A DNA stretch of 63,457 nucleotides, the filler included, from Octopus bimaculoides (lineage: Eukaryota), in NCBI RefSeq assembly GCF_001194135.2. It is 4 parts of 4 records of this genome, joined end to end, with 100 filler letters (N's around TTAATTAATTAA, not from the genome) between each part and the next. Parts side by side here need not be neighbours in the genome. Positions count along the whole stretch, not along the records: positions 27,476 to 57,127 come from NC_069000.1; 3 more parts are not named here. The stretch is one strand, 5' to 3'. The notes under the pieces are model-generated. The model was not told where the DNA came from. It did no database searches and saw nothing but the letters and a program-made list of their open reading frames with translations. Positions 27,961 through 41,652 of the stretch are shown one piece after another. The translations under genes were made by a program, and so were the position numbers. Within the stretch, counting starts at the first letter, position 1, and the number at the start of each line of letters is the position of its first letter.

Positions 27961-30900
27961 GTTTCAAATTTTGTCACAAGGGCAGCAATTCGGGGGGAGG
28001 GGATGAGTCAATTACATCGACCCCAGTGTTCAACTGGTACTTATTTTATTGACTCCGATAGGATGAAAGGCAAAGTCAATCTCAGCAGATTGCTAATAAT
28101 AATAATAATAATAGCAGTGCCAAGCAATGGTTCTTGTGGCTTCTCATCTTAATTGATTGGAAGTGTTATCATGTACATTGTTTTGTCTTGGTATAAAAGA
28201 TGGTCTACAGCAAATATTCTGCTCAATACCACAGATTTGCATGTCAGTTGCTTGACCTTAACCAGTTGAGCATGTCCCTTAGTGGCTGATGATATGTGCA
28301 TCTCTGATCACGAGCAGAAGTAGCAGGGGAGCATCATAGCCATGTGTTGAGAGGAATTCTTTGGGGTTTGGATAATTCACCTTTGGAAACATAGGTGTTT
28401 CATTCAACATCCTTAAACAACCCTTATTCAGGGTTGATACATACAGCATGGGGTTGGGGAGTAGAAGGTAGTGGTGGTCATAGTGATAATGGTTGTTGTA
28501 GTAATTGTGGTGGTGGTGGTGGTGATGGTAGCAGTGAACGATGAAGTGAAGTGAACAGTTGTCTTTGTGTGTTTTTCAATGTCTAAATATGATTCTTCTT
28601 CTGCTTTGTAATTCTTTTCTCTTTCAATTCACAATCTGAGATCAAACATTACTTGCCAGATAAGTACAATTCCCAAAATTCTTTCAGTTTTGATAACTAG
28701 GAAATAAAGTATTATTGAAGAATTAATTATTTGAGTTGTTTCTTACAAAAAAAAAAAGAGACCACAACTTTTTGTATTCTTTTTGGTTTCAGATTCTTTC
28801 CTTTTTTTTTTTTGAATTCTTTGGATGAGTCTAATGCATTGAAGTAAATAGCTACTCACAGACATTGCAGACGTCACCCTTATATCCAAGTCGGCAGTGG
28901 CAGGTAAATTTTGAACCCATAGCAATGCAGGTACCACCATTTTGGCAAGGATGCGTATAACAGGCTGAATCTGTGAAAAGAAGAAAAAGGAATAACAATA
29001 ATAATTCATTCTTTCTAATTTTGGCACAAGGCTAGCAATTTTGTGGGAATGAGGTAAGTTGATGATATTGACCCCAGTACTTTACTGGTACTTTATTTTA
29101 TTGACCCTGAAAGAACGAAAGACAAGCTCAACCTCAGCAGAATTTGAACACATAATGCAAAGACAAACAAAACGGTGTTCAGCATTTTGTCTGGCATGCA
29201 AATGATTGAGCCAGCTTGCTGCTTTGTTTAAACTAAATAATAGTTTCAAATTTAGGCACAAGGCCAGCAATTTTGGAGGAAGGGTTAATTCAATTACATC
29301 GACCCCCAATGCTCAATGGGTACTTATCTTATTGATGCTGAAAGGATGAAAGGCAAAGGTGACCTCAGCAGCATTTGAACTCAGAATGTAAAGACAGACA
29401 AAATACAGCTAAGCATTTCATCCAGCATGTTAACAATTCTGCCAGATCACTGCATTGTTTGAGCTAAATATTAATAAAGATAATGTATAATACCAGACTT
29501 GGTTTTGATTTTGTGACCCAACACAAGAAGGGAGCTTCCATATACCTGCTCAACCAGCACAAATTCATATTAATCAAATTCCTGCTGATTTTAAAATGGG
29601 GATCACATATTTCACATCCAAACTTCAAGGATACAACGCACCACTGGGAATTGAACACACGACCATACAATTGTGAGCTGAATAACCCTAACCGCTAAGC
29701 TATGTACATTCACTGCACGCACACACACACACACACACACACGCACACACACACTCATATACAAGCATGAATCAAAAACTTCATTCAGTTTCTGTCAATC
29801 AAATCAACTCAAAAAGTTTTGGTTGGCCCAGGGCTATAGTAAAAGTCATTTGCCCAAAGTGCTGTTCAATGGGATAGAACCAGGAACTATATGTTTGAGA
29901 TATAAACTTCTTGACCACTTAATTTCTTAAATAGGTGCAGGAATGCATGCAATTATTGGCCTGAATAGAAAACAAAAGATATAATGTTGTTCGACTTACA
30001 TATTTGGCAGTTGTTTCCACTGTAACCCGGTAGACATTGGCACTCATATTTGTGCTCATGACTGATACAGCTTCCACCATTCAAGCAAGGTTGATCATAG
30101 CAAACATCATCTGTAAAAGTAGAAAATTATTTCATCATTAATCATCATCATCATCATCATCAAACATCTGTTTTCCATGCTGGAATGGGTTGCACAGTTT
30201 GACAGGATCCAGCAAGTCATGGCAGGGCTGCTCAAAGTTTTAGTGTCAGCTTCAGCATGACTTCTATGGCTAGATGTTTTTCCTCAATTCAACCACTTCA
30301 TAGAGTGCATTAGGTGCTTTTTTTGTACCACTAACATTAGTGAGGTTACCAAGTAAACTTGCAACAGAGGAAAAAGAAAGAATATTAATTACAAAAGAGT
30401 CAACAGCTAGTACTTTTAAAATTGGATGTTATTAACTGTCACAAACTCCATGAATTTCAGACAGAAAATAAACGTTACTTCACTTCATTCAAGTTGGGGC
30501 TGAGCAAGTATGAAATAAGTGGGTATCATGAAAATAGTATCTAGTATTGCTTAAATGATATAGTGGTGGCAGCCCTGCAATTATTTCATAGCTCTTAACT
30601 AGGTCATATGAGATTCCAAGGGTTTCACAATTGAACATACAGTAATCCACTTTTGAAAATAATGTACAGGTAATAGGTTGCAATTGTTGGTGACAATCAT
30701 AGTCAAACTAGAGTGTTACCTGGCATATAACAAAGTAACTTTGGAAGCATACTTTTGCCATCAATGGTAATATCAGGAAATATGGCATGTATACTATAAT
30801 TAAAAAAAAAGCAATTATTGAAGTCTACACTCTCTGAAAAATTCTTATAAATTCCAGTTTTAATATATTTTTATCAACCATTATTGACATGTTTGCTATA

Positions 30901-33900
30901 AAAATAATGAAAGAATGACAGACAAGTGAACTTACATGTGACACATCTGGGCCCGACATAAGCAGGTTTGCAGGTACATTTTACAACACCAGCGACAATA
31001 TAGCAGGTACCCTCATGGTGGCAAGGATTCTGTGCACACAGATCAACTAGAAAAAGGAAAATACAAAAAATACATAAGCAAAATATTGTTATAAATTCTA
31101 CAAAATTCAATTGTTTACTTTTTTTTTGTATAATTTCCATTCTTTAGGTAAGTTACATACAAAAGTAAGAACATACACACAGTTAGTTGTCAGATAACTT
31201 TCTAATGCTATTTGTATTAATGCAAAAAACATTTTTTTAATAATGTTTTATGATTTTGTTTTTCTTTAGTTCTATTTTTACTCTACAACTTTTGTTTAAT
31301 GTTTTTGAAATTTGAATACATTTTACCTCTTTTCACAGATATGACAATGGAGAGCCAAGTGAAAAAAAACAAAAAACAAATTTGTAGTAAAGATTGTTTG
31401 CCAACATAACATGGCAGTCCTGGTTTAGGACGAATGTTACTGTAATTTAGTCCCAGGAGATATCATCACCTGCTACGGAAAGTCTGCCTCAACGAATTCC
31501 ATCCAACCCATGCAAGCATGGAAAAGTGGACTTTAAAAATGACAGTGACAACAATGATGACAACAACGATGATAATGATGAATATAAATGGCCATGACTA
31601 AATAACTGTATATCACAAGTCCACTGGTTTGGTGCTCAACCATTTCTAACATCAAATCTCCCTTGTTACTGGTGGTATAATTTATTGAAATAATTCAAAA
31701 TGAAATACTTACTCTCTTCACAATTTTTGCCAAAATATGGTTTAGGGCATTTGCATTTATATTCATAGCCATCAATAATACAAATTCCACCATTCTTGCA
31801 GGGTTTGCCAGCACAAACATTATCTGAAATGAAAGAATATCTTTATAACTTTTTGTAATCTTTATTTCTAATAATAATGTGCAGATGCAGACATGGGTGT
31901 GCAGTTGGGAAGCTTATGTTGCAACCATGTCCAACAGGTGCTGGTTTTTAAGTCCATGTAACTTAGCAGTTCAGTAAAAGAGAAAAATGGAACAAGTAGC
32001 AGACTTTGAAATTAAGTACTAAGGTCAATTTGTTCAACTAAGCCTTTGAAGGTGGTGCCCCAGCTTGGTCTCAATTGAATGAATGAAATAAGTAAAAGAT
32101 AAAATAAACTCATCTGTTTTGCAAATACTTTTGTTGTTGTTTTATTGGGTTTTTTTCTGTCAAGCATTTGGGTGGATATTTTCAGACAAATTCTTTGACC
32201 TTAGTTTCACAATTTCTACCATTTTGGCAAGAGTTATGAAGACATTCATTGTCTTCAAAAGCTTGCATTATTATCCATGCAATGATTTCTAATATAGTTA
32301 CAAAGCCGTGGTCTATGTGTGTGGTCTTATTGCCAGCTTGAGGCACACGTGACTATGTGATCCTGATTTCAATTTCAAGAGCAGGTGGTGTGTTGTGTTG
32401 TTGAGCAAACATTACAGTTCATAATTCTGGGTTGAGTCCCAGTGTGGAACCTTGAGCAAGTGTCTTCCACTATAGCCTTGGGCTGACAAAGCATTGTGAG
32501 TGGATTTGACAGACAAATTTTGATTGAATATATCTGACATCTGGTTGCAGGAAGTTAAAGAACTCTCACATAATTGTCAGGACAACAAGATGTACCAAAT
32601 CATTAGCTGTCAGAATATAATTGGTCCGGTGCCACTATATACAAAAACCAGAATTGAATCTTCAGCTGGTGAGTGTGTTTATAAGCTTTAATGTGACTCT
32701 TTCAAAATGTTCTGGGTAAGACTTTTAACTGCATCTGGTAGTGGGGCCTTGGTATGGAAGTAACAGGGTTTCGAGGAATGTAGACCCGTCTCTTGGCCAC
32801 TTTTGGTCCCAGTTCTACCCTGACCCAGAGTAATAGCACCTGTCAAGGCCCCAGCAATGGCTTAATTATCATGACATAGGTTTGTTTCTGAAAGAAGGTC
32901 AATCACAAACATCCCAGTGGGCCTAGGACAGGTGGGCTCCTTCACTAGTATCACCTGTTAGGTCCCCAGCTAGGCATTTACCAGCATGTTTACCACCCAC
33001 TTCAAACCCAGCCTATGTCTGCTCTGATAATCAGTGATGATTTGGTCAGTGAAACCTCAGCAACGGTCAACAATTGATAGCAACGTGAGTTGCTATGGAT
33101 CACACTATCCCAAAGTACGTAAGCATGTGACAAGGGACCACATGTGAACTCCAAACATGACTTCTGCACATTGACAACAAATGACCACTAAAGCTACATG
33201 TCAATGCTATCCAATACAATGGGGCATTGGTCAAATTTGCCAGCTGGATTTTTGGGCTGCAACTAGAAGTATTATGTTGCCTGTTGAAATGTTAGGGCCA
33301 ACCATCAGATGTGGTTAACATTCATGAAGGAGATGGTGAACTTGTTGGTTCAAACCAGCTCAAACCGCCATGAGTAAATGTCACTGCAAGTGCTAGTAAG
33401 TTTTAAAATATAACGATATGGCTTTCAACACAGTTTTTAAAAAATGTAGACTAATTCAGATTTTATTGTAAATCAAATTAATATCCTTTCTAATTTCGAC
33501 ACAAGACCAGCAATTTTTAGGTGGGGGGGGGGGCATGTCAGTTACAATGCCCCGAGAGTCAACTGGTATTTATTTTATTGACCCATGAGAAAATGGAAGG
33601 CAAAGTCAACTGCAGCTCAGCTGAACTTAAAATATAAAGAAGCGGATGAAATGCAGCCATGCATTTTGTCCAGCATGCCAGCAATTCTATCAGATTTCCC
33701 CTTATTAATCAAAATAAATGTATGATACTTACTTCTGTTGCAGTTAACACCAGTAAAATTTCCTTTACAGAGGCATTTGTACTCAATACCTCGTGAAATA
33801 CATGTACCATCATTTTGACATGGATTTGGATAGCAAGGATTAGCTGGGGAAAAAAAAAAAAGCAAACAGTAAGTCATTTAATAACAGTATTGAGAAGATT

Positions 33901-36900
33901 CCTAACTCGGTGTGAGCCGTATGTTCCTCAAGGAACCTCTAGAGAAAAGTTGATCTTAGGACTAGTGACATGTTTTATTTATTTAGCTATTTACCACTTC
34001 AGGTGAGTGTCTTTGAATATAGCCTTGGACAAACCAAATCTTTTGTTCTTGGATTCTGAAGACGGGAATTGAAAGAAGTTCTTCATAAACACCTCGTACA
34101 TACATACAAATATACATACACTCATCCATGCTTACATTTGTACATGTATATGTCATATTTCGATTTATTTTAAGATTTCTTACCAATAGAGAAAGAGCCG
34201 TTTTCTAACCTAGATCCAAGGCTCCTTCACTGGAATTTCAACATCAACAACAGGTTATTTTTGTATGCATGTGTGTATGTATGTATGTATGTATGTATGT
34301 ATGTATGTATGTATGTATGTATGTGCAGATTTGTATGTTTTATGCATGTATTCTCATGCATATAGTTGGTATCTAGACATGCTTTTATCTATTTAAATGA
34401 TAGACTTCTGTTAAATTAAATCAAATTGTGAAGAATTGGGTAAAATTACACTAAATTTCTTAAAACTAGGAGGAATTAGTTAACATTTATTAAGTTTAGG
34501 AAGAATTTTATTTGTTTGAGCAAAACAGGATCAACTGACTCCAATTAGCATTCTATCAGTTACAAGAGTTCCCATTGGTTCAATTAATGGAAAAGCCTGC
34601 TCATGGAATTAACATGCAAGCAGCTGAGTATTCCACAGACACAGGCTGGCCCTTTGAATTACAAGTGCAACTCATTTTTGTCAGCTGAGTGAACTGGAGC
34701 AATGTGAAATAAAGTGTCTTGCACTGGAAATTGAACCCACAACCTTATGAATGTAAGTTGAAAACCCCTAACCACTAAGCCATATGTAGAACTGGGCAGA
34801 AGTGCCAGATACTTGGCAAAATTGCTAAAAATTTGGTTGAGGAGCAAATCATGCAGGAATTGAGAAAATTTTAGTAGAATTGATTTGACTTACTTTTGCA
34901 GATGACAGGCAACCGAAGATTTATGCTGCACTCATATTCATAAAAGACACGTCTTTGTCTCACTGTCATTATGGCATGTAATGGTTTAACACCAAGGCCA
35001 GTCCAGTTGCCTTGACTTTCCCCAAAGTCATAACCGCAAGTCCTCCATATATTCTTGGAACCCTCTTTTACAGCGCCAATCCATAAGGAGTTGGTACCAG
35101 CACCTGAAAAGGGAGAGAATAAAGAGAAAAGTGAAATAAATATATATTACGGAGATGTACTTGCATAGCAAGTGACCTGATCTGAGACCGTGTGCTGGAA
35201 TGAAAACAATTGCAGCATGGAAGGTGTTTATAAGCCATTTAAAATAACACACAAAAACCGTTAGATTCACTTCAACATTTAAATTTAATTTGCTAAAATA
35301 TTTTCGTCACTTTGAGACTGCGACCTGTTCACTGACAAAATTGGAGACCTTTGGAGATAAGCTGTACTTGAGGAGACCCAGCAAGTCAAGTGAGACTGTA
35401 ACTGTGGCCTATGCCAGTGCAGCATAACCAGCCCATTTAAGAGTACCCTTCAATCATTGGGTAATAAACTGTATTTGCGAAGACCTGTTGAGGCAAGTGA
35501 AGTCGTTGTCGTGGCTGATGACAGTACCGCCTGAGTGGAACCCGTGCCAGTGACATGTAAAATGCACCATTCAAGTGTGATCGATACCAGTGCTGGCTGA
35601 CTGGTCCCGTGCTGGTGGCACATAAAAAGCACCCTTCGAGTGTGTCTGATGCCAGAACTGCCTGACTGGCCCTCGTGCTGGTGGCACATAAGAAGGGCAT
35701 CCAGCTTTAGAAACATTGCCAAATTGGATTGGAGCCTGATGCAGTCAAACCGTCCAACGCATGCCAGCATGGAAAGTGGATGTTAAACAATGATGATGAT
35801 GATGGTGATGATGATGACTTTGATGGTTGTATGAAGGTGAGTTAGTGATGGCAAAAAACTCTCTGAGCACCTACAGCAAAAGGCACTCAGCATCACTACA
35901 TTGGTACAAAGGAGTGTAAGTTCTGAGCAAAACTTAAAAAACTTCGTCCATATCGATCATGTTTAAACTTTTAATATTCAGATCACTCTGTCAAAGATAA
36001 TTCCAAATATTCACATTGTTTTGAATTAATCATTAATCATTAATCATTAATCTCATTGTTTTGAGATTTCCATGATGCTCCTTTTCTTTTTCTTTTATTC
36101 TTTTACTTGTTTCAGTCATTTTAACTGTGGCCATGCTGGAGCACTACCTTTAATCAAGCAAATCGACCCCAGGACTCATTCTTTGTAAGCTTAGTACTTA
36201 TTCTATCAGTCACTTTGCCGAACCGCTAAGTTACAGGGCTGTAAACACACCAGTATCGGTTGTCACGTGATGTTGGGGGGGACACACACACAAACATATA
36301 CACACATATACATATGCACATATATATATGTACATACGACAGGCTTCTTTCAGTTTCCGTCTACCAAATCCACTCACAAGGCTTTGGTCGGCCAGAAGCT
36401 GTAGTAGAAGACACTTGCCCAAGATGCCACGCAGTGGGACTGAACGTGGAACCATGTGGTTGGTAAGCAAGCTACTTACCACACAGCCACTCCTGCACCT
36501 GTGAGTGTTTATTTTCCTGAATGACATTGTTGGGTAAGTGTGCAGAACTGGATTTGGCCAAATTGAAAATAAAGCAGCTGGAATATTTGGGCCTGAGATG
36601 GCTAGTTTAAATGCTAAGAGGTGAAGAGGAACTACAAAGAGATGAAATTGCTTGAAATCAAGTAGCAGTTATCATGTGTTTATGCATGTATGCATGTGCA
36701 TGTATGTATGTGCACATATGTGCATGTGTGTGCATGTGTGTGTGTGTATGAGAACATAAGATATATATATGCTTCAGTTCTACTTACCTCCCATAATTAT
36801 TGAAGTGATGTAATTCTTCTCCGTGTTCGATTCGATCCAAAGGAGGCTCATCTTGTCTTCGCAACATTGAGTTTTGGCATCTTCTCCAGTTGTGGCTGAG

Positions 36901-39354
36901 TAGATATAGTAGCAGTGAGAGCCAGAGTAAAAGGTGTTCAAACTACCCTTGGGTGGACAGTCTTCTGCAAAACAAACATAGAATATTATATATATACATA
37001 AACAGGTAGATAGAAAGATGTCTTAACATATACCTGCACATCAAGAAATTGCACAAGTAGAAACAAAAATTCATGTCCTTTAAAAGGTAAATGCAGAAGA
37101 TTTAATGTTATATATAAATGTATAGTGACTAATATTGACAGTACACATAGTAAAGTATACATAGGATGTTCGATCAATTTTAAACAAATATTTTTAGTGC
37201 ATTTACACTCCTTTAAATCTAACACGCCCAATAATACTACATCGTTGGCTGCATATATACATAAACTTAAACAAAAAAATTTCAATTTCAATTTATCCTG
37301 GTCTATTATAGATTCAGCCACTCCATGTAGCCATAGATCATCTGTAGATTATGCATAAAGGAATCATTATATATATTATTATACAAACAAGATAATTTTA
37401 CCCAGTCATCAATCAGAAGCATGTAGACATCGTTTTTATAAAACTTTTAAATTTTCTCAGAAATCATTAAGAAATATCTCACAACATTAGCTTAACATCA
37501 TACTGATTATATTCAGCTAAAAAAAAAAATCCTTTTTTCAATGAATAAAAATAATTAGTAATACTAATATACCTTTTCTCTATTAACAATTTTGAATTAG
37601 ACATTATACATTCACTAGACACTATCTATCCATTGAATAAATATATTTCGAATGTAACCACATGATATTAGAACCTCCACTCTTCTAATATATAACTACA
37701 GAAGATTGCATATTTAGCAATAATTATATTTACATATAAATGCTAAATTATACCCTGAAATATTAATGCAGATTTGTACCTCCTGCTATTACTTCAGTGG
37801 CCATAATACCAATATAAATAATTAACACATACTTTTGTATTTTTGCACTTTATATCTGTTATTAACATGCTTACTAGAAAACAGCTTAACAGATTATCAA
37901 TACAGATTAGCATTATGGATAACTACTATGAAGAATTTCTCAAATCATTTTGGATTATCAGATGGATGTTTATTCCAAATTAATACAACTCCTATATGTA
38001 TCATTACAGACTGATTAATATTGATAATCCTTTAAAAATGAACTCTTTTCTCCTCTCAATATCTCTGAAGAGTAAATATGCATCTTTGATATGTTTATCA
38101 TTTTCTATTTCATTTAAACGGGATGCATAATTCCCGAAACAATTGTAAGAATTTTAAATATCTTCATATTCTCTACTGTACATCATCATCATCGTTTAAC
38201 GTCCGCTTTCCATGCTAGCATGGGTTGGACGATTTGACTGAGGACTGGTGAAACCAGATGGCTACACCAGGCTCCAATCTGATTTGGCAGAGTTTCTACA
38301 GCTGGATGCCCTTCCTAACGCCAACCACTCCGAGAGTGTAATGGGTGCTTTTACGTGCCACCGGCACGAAGGCCAGTCAGGTGGTACTGGCAACAGCCAT
38401 GCTCAAAATGGTGTATTTTATGTGCCACCTGCACAGGAGCCAGTCCAGCGGCACTGGCAATGATCTCGCTTGAATGTCTTTACAGCTTGAATGTCTTTAC
38501 ACATTATTATTTAATCACTAATTTAGTATTACAATGTTATATGTTAATATATCTTTTATTGTGATTATTCCAAATATGACCACTCCCTTCTATCTTATAC
38601 TTTAATATATAACTGCTCTCTCAGCTCTCTTAGAACCTTAAACATCTTTTTAAGATTTTGGACAATAGCCCAAGTTGAGCACTTCACTAGTGATATCCAA
38701 TACATTTTCTCCTAGACAGATAGCAGTAATTTGCGGTCACAGTCTGTTGACCAGAACTAAAGGGTATTATCACGTGTTCTTGCAGGAAAAAGGAAATTAA
38801 ACTATGAATGCTAATCTTAATTTTAATTTAATTTTTTAAATAGTTCTTTTCTCTTTACATATTCCATTTTAGTGCATATTTTTGATAAGGTTTTTCAAGA
38901 ACCGAAACATGTAAAAGGAAAATTAAAATGTACCCAATTTTAAGAAAGTNNNNNNNNNNNNNNNNNNNNNNNNNNNNNNNNNNNNNNNNNNNNNNNNNNN
39001 NNNNNNNNNNNNNNNNNNNNNNNNNNNNNNNNNNNNNNNNNNNNNNNNNNNNNNNNNNNNNNNNNNNNNNNNNNNNNNNNNNNNNNNNNNNNNNNNNNNN
39101 NNNNNNNNNNNNNNNNNNNNNNNNNNNNNNNNNNNNNNNNNNNNNNNNNNNNNNNNNNNNNNNNNNNNNNNNNNNNNNNNNNNNNNNNNNNNNNNNNNNN
39201 NNNNNNNNNNNNNNNNNNNNNNNNNNNNNNNNNNNNNNNNNNNNNNNNNNNNNNNNNNNNNNNNNNNNNNNNNNNNNNNNNNNNNNNNNNNNNNNNNNNN
39301 NNNNNNNNNNNNNNNNNNNNNNNNNNNNNNNNNNNNNNNNNNNNNNNNNNNNNN

Positions 39355-39397
<43 letters not shown>

Positions 39398-39854
39398 GTG
39401 ACACACACATATATATATATTCATTATATATATGTGTGTGTGAAAATAAAAGGAGAAGCATCAAGAAATATGTTAACAAATCAAGTGATGATGATGATGA
39501 CAACCACAACGATTATCATGATGATAATGATGATGATGATGATGATGCTGACATCGGCAATGGTGGCAACAACAACGACAGCAATGATGACAATGATGAT
39601 TATGATGACAATGATGATTATGATGACAACGACAAAAGAAATAATCAAGGATACACTTACTGATATCATTTCCAGCAGATGTCAGAAACGGTAAGATGAG
39701 CAGCACTGCCAGGTGGACCATTAACTGGAACCTGGAAATATTTCAGAATTTACCAACTGAACGGAATTATATTTATAAGAACACAGGTTATATTTGAAGA
39801 GACAGGGAACACTAATACAGCCTGGCATTACGTGTGCGTGTGTGTGTGTATGTG

Positions 39855-39913
<59 letters not shown>

Positions 39914-41582
39914 ACTTGGTAGCGTACACCATACTTTCACTCATTGTTTTAGGTGCCTGTTTAACCTTTTCGTTACTGTATTTCTGTTGAGATGCTCTGT
40001 ATTTCTTTCAGTTACTTTAAATATAACAAAGAATTTAGTAAAATAACTTAGTTATCATTAAGCTAGAGTTAAGAACATAAATTGTGACTAAGGTCTGGTG
40101 GAAGATTTTAATTAAAAACTTATGAAAACAAGACATTTGTACTACAGAGCCGGGTTGGTAATGAAAGGGTTAATCACCAGTAGACATAAACACCTGTAGC
40201 GGGATGTGTAACAAAATGCCTTGGGCTGACCAAAGCATTGTGAATGGATTTGGTAGACGGAAACTGAAAGAAGCCCATCGTGTGTGTGTGGCTTTGTTTC
40301 TGCTTGTTTCCCATCAAACAGTGATAGTGTGTTTACATCCCCACAGTTTAGTAGTTTGGCAAATGAGACTGATATTTTATACACACACACAAAGTCATTA
40401 ATAATTACGTTAAAGGAAGAATTGAGTCACAGTAAGATGGTGTTGAGAATGTCTTAGTAAAATAAAGGGGCGCTAAATTCTGCAAAAATATTCTAAAATA
40501 TTTGAGCAGCATTGTTCAAAGAGAAAAGCAAGCTTTGCTGTTTTACGTTGAAATCAGCCAGATCTGGTACCTGACACCTACTCAAGAGTGTCATTCTGAA
40601 GATGTACAATCACATCATTGAAATCTCGAAAATGAGATAATACGTGATTAATTCAAAAACGATATGAATAAATAAGTATTACAGAATAATCTGAATGCTA
40701 AAAAAGTTAAATTTGTTTCTGATGTTAATTTCCCATAATCTCCTGCAGTTGAGTGGAGGATGTCCCAGACATGCTGGGCCTTTCCACTGGAATTATTTCT
40801 GCTAAAACAAAAGTAGTGATGCTGGGAAAATGTTCATCCCTAACCCAGCTATAAAGATTTCATGGCACCAGAATATTATCCTGTGGGTGGTGAGCTGGCA
40901 GAAATGTTAGCATGCCGGGTGAAATGCTTATTGGTATTTCGTCTGTCTTTACATTCTGAGTTCAAATTCCACTGAGGTCGACTTTGCCTTTCATCCTTTC
41001 GCCATCAATAAATTAAGTACCAGTTGCGTACTGGGGTCGATCTAATCGACCGGCCCCCTCCCCCAAAATTCCAGCTCTTTTGCTTAGAGTAGAAAAGAGT
41101 ATTATCCTGTGATGTAGATCCTAGATCCTGGATCACAGATGTTGCTGCTGTTGTTGTAATCAGGGTGTTCTGATAATGAAATAATGCTACTTTCACTGGT
41201 TCTTTGTAAGTGAAGAAATGCAGTTGGTGTAGCATGGGCTGTAGCAGTCTGGTTTCCAGCCCTGCTCTATCCTCTTCTGTTACTCCTGTTTAATCCTTAC
41301 TGTACAGAAACAGAGTATATTTGGTTCTGTGCATTTGGACATTTGAGACACAGCAACCAAATGAACTCGTTTTGGATTTTTTTACAAAAAAACCATGTTA
41401 TGGTTATTAATTGTTGTAAATAACTTTGGGAAGTCAATTTCAGTCAATTTTAGCAAATTAATTCAGTATTTGGACATTTGTTAGCAAAAACTTAATCAGT
41501 GCCATTTGGGTTAAGAAGAAGTGCAGTCAAAGGATCCCCAATAGAAACAGAATTTGTTAGAAAACAGAACAAATTAAGGATT

Positions 41583-41652
<70 letters not shown>

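Noticed and set aside
38700-38790. [13 protein letters not shown] on the minus strand, resembling a CTLD end
   Set aside because: In-frame stops, a frameshift is needed and no N-terminal half was found; probably chance or PLE debris
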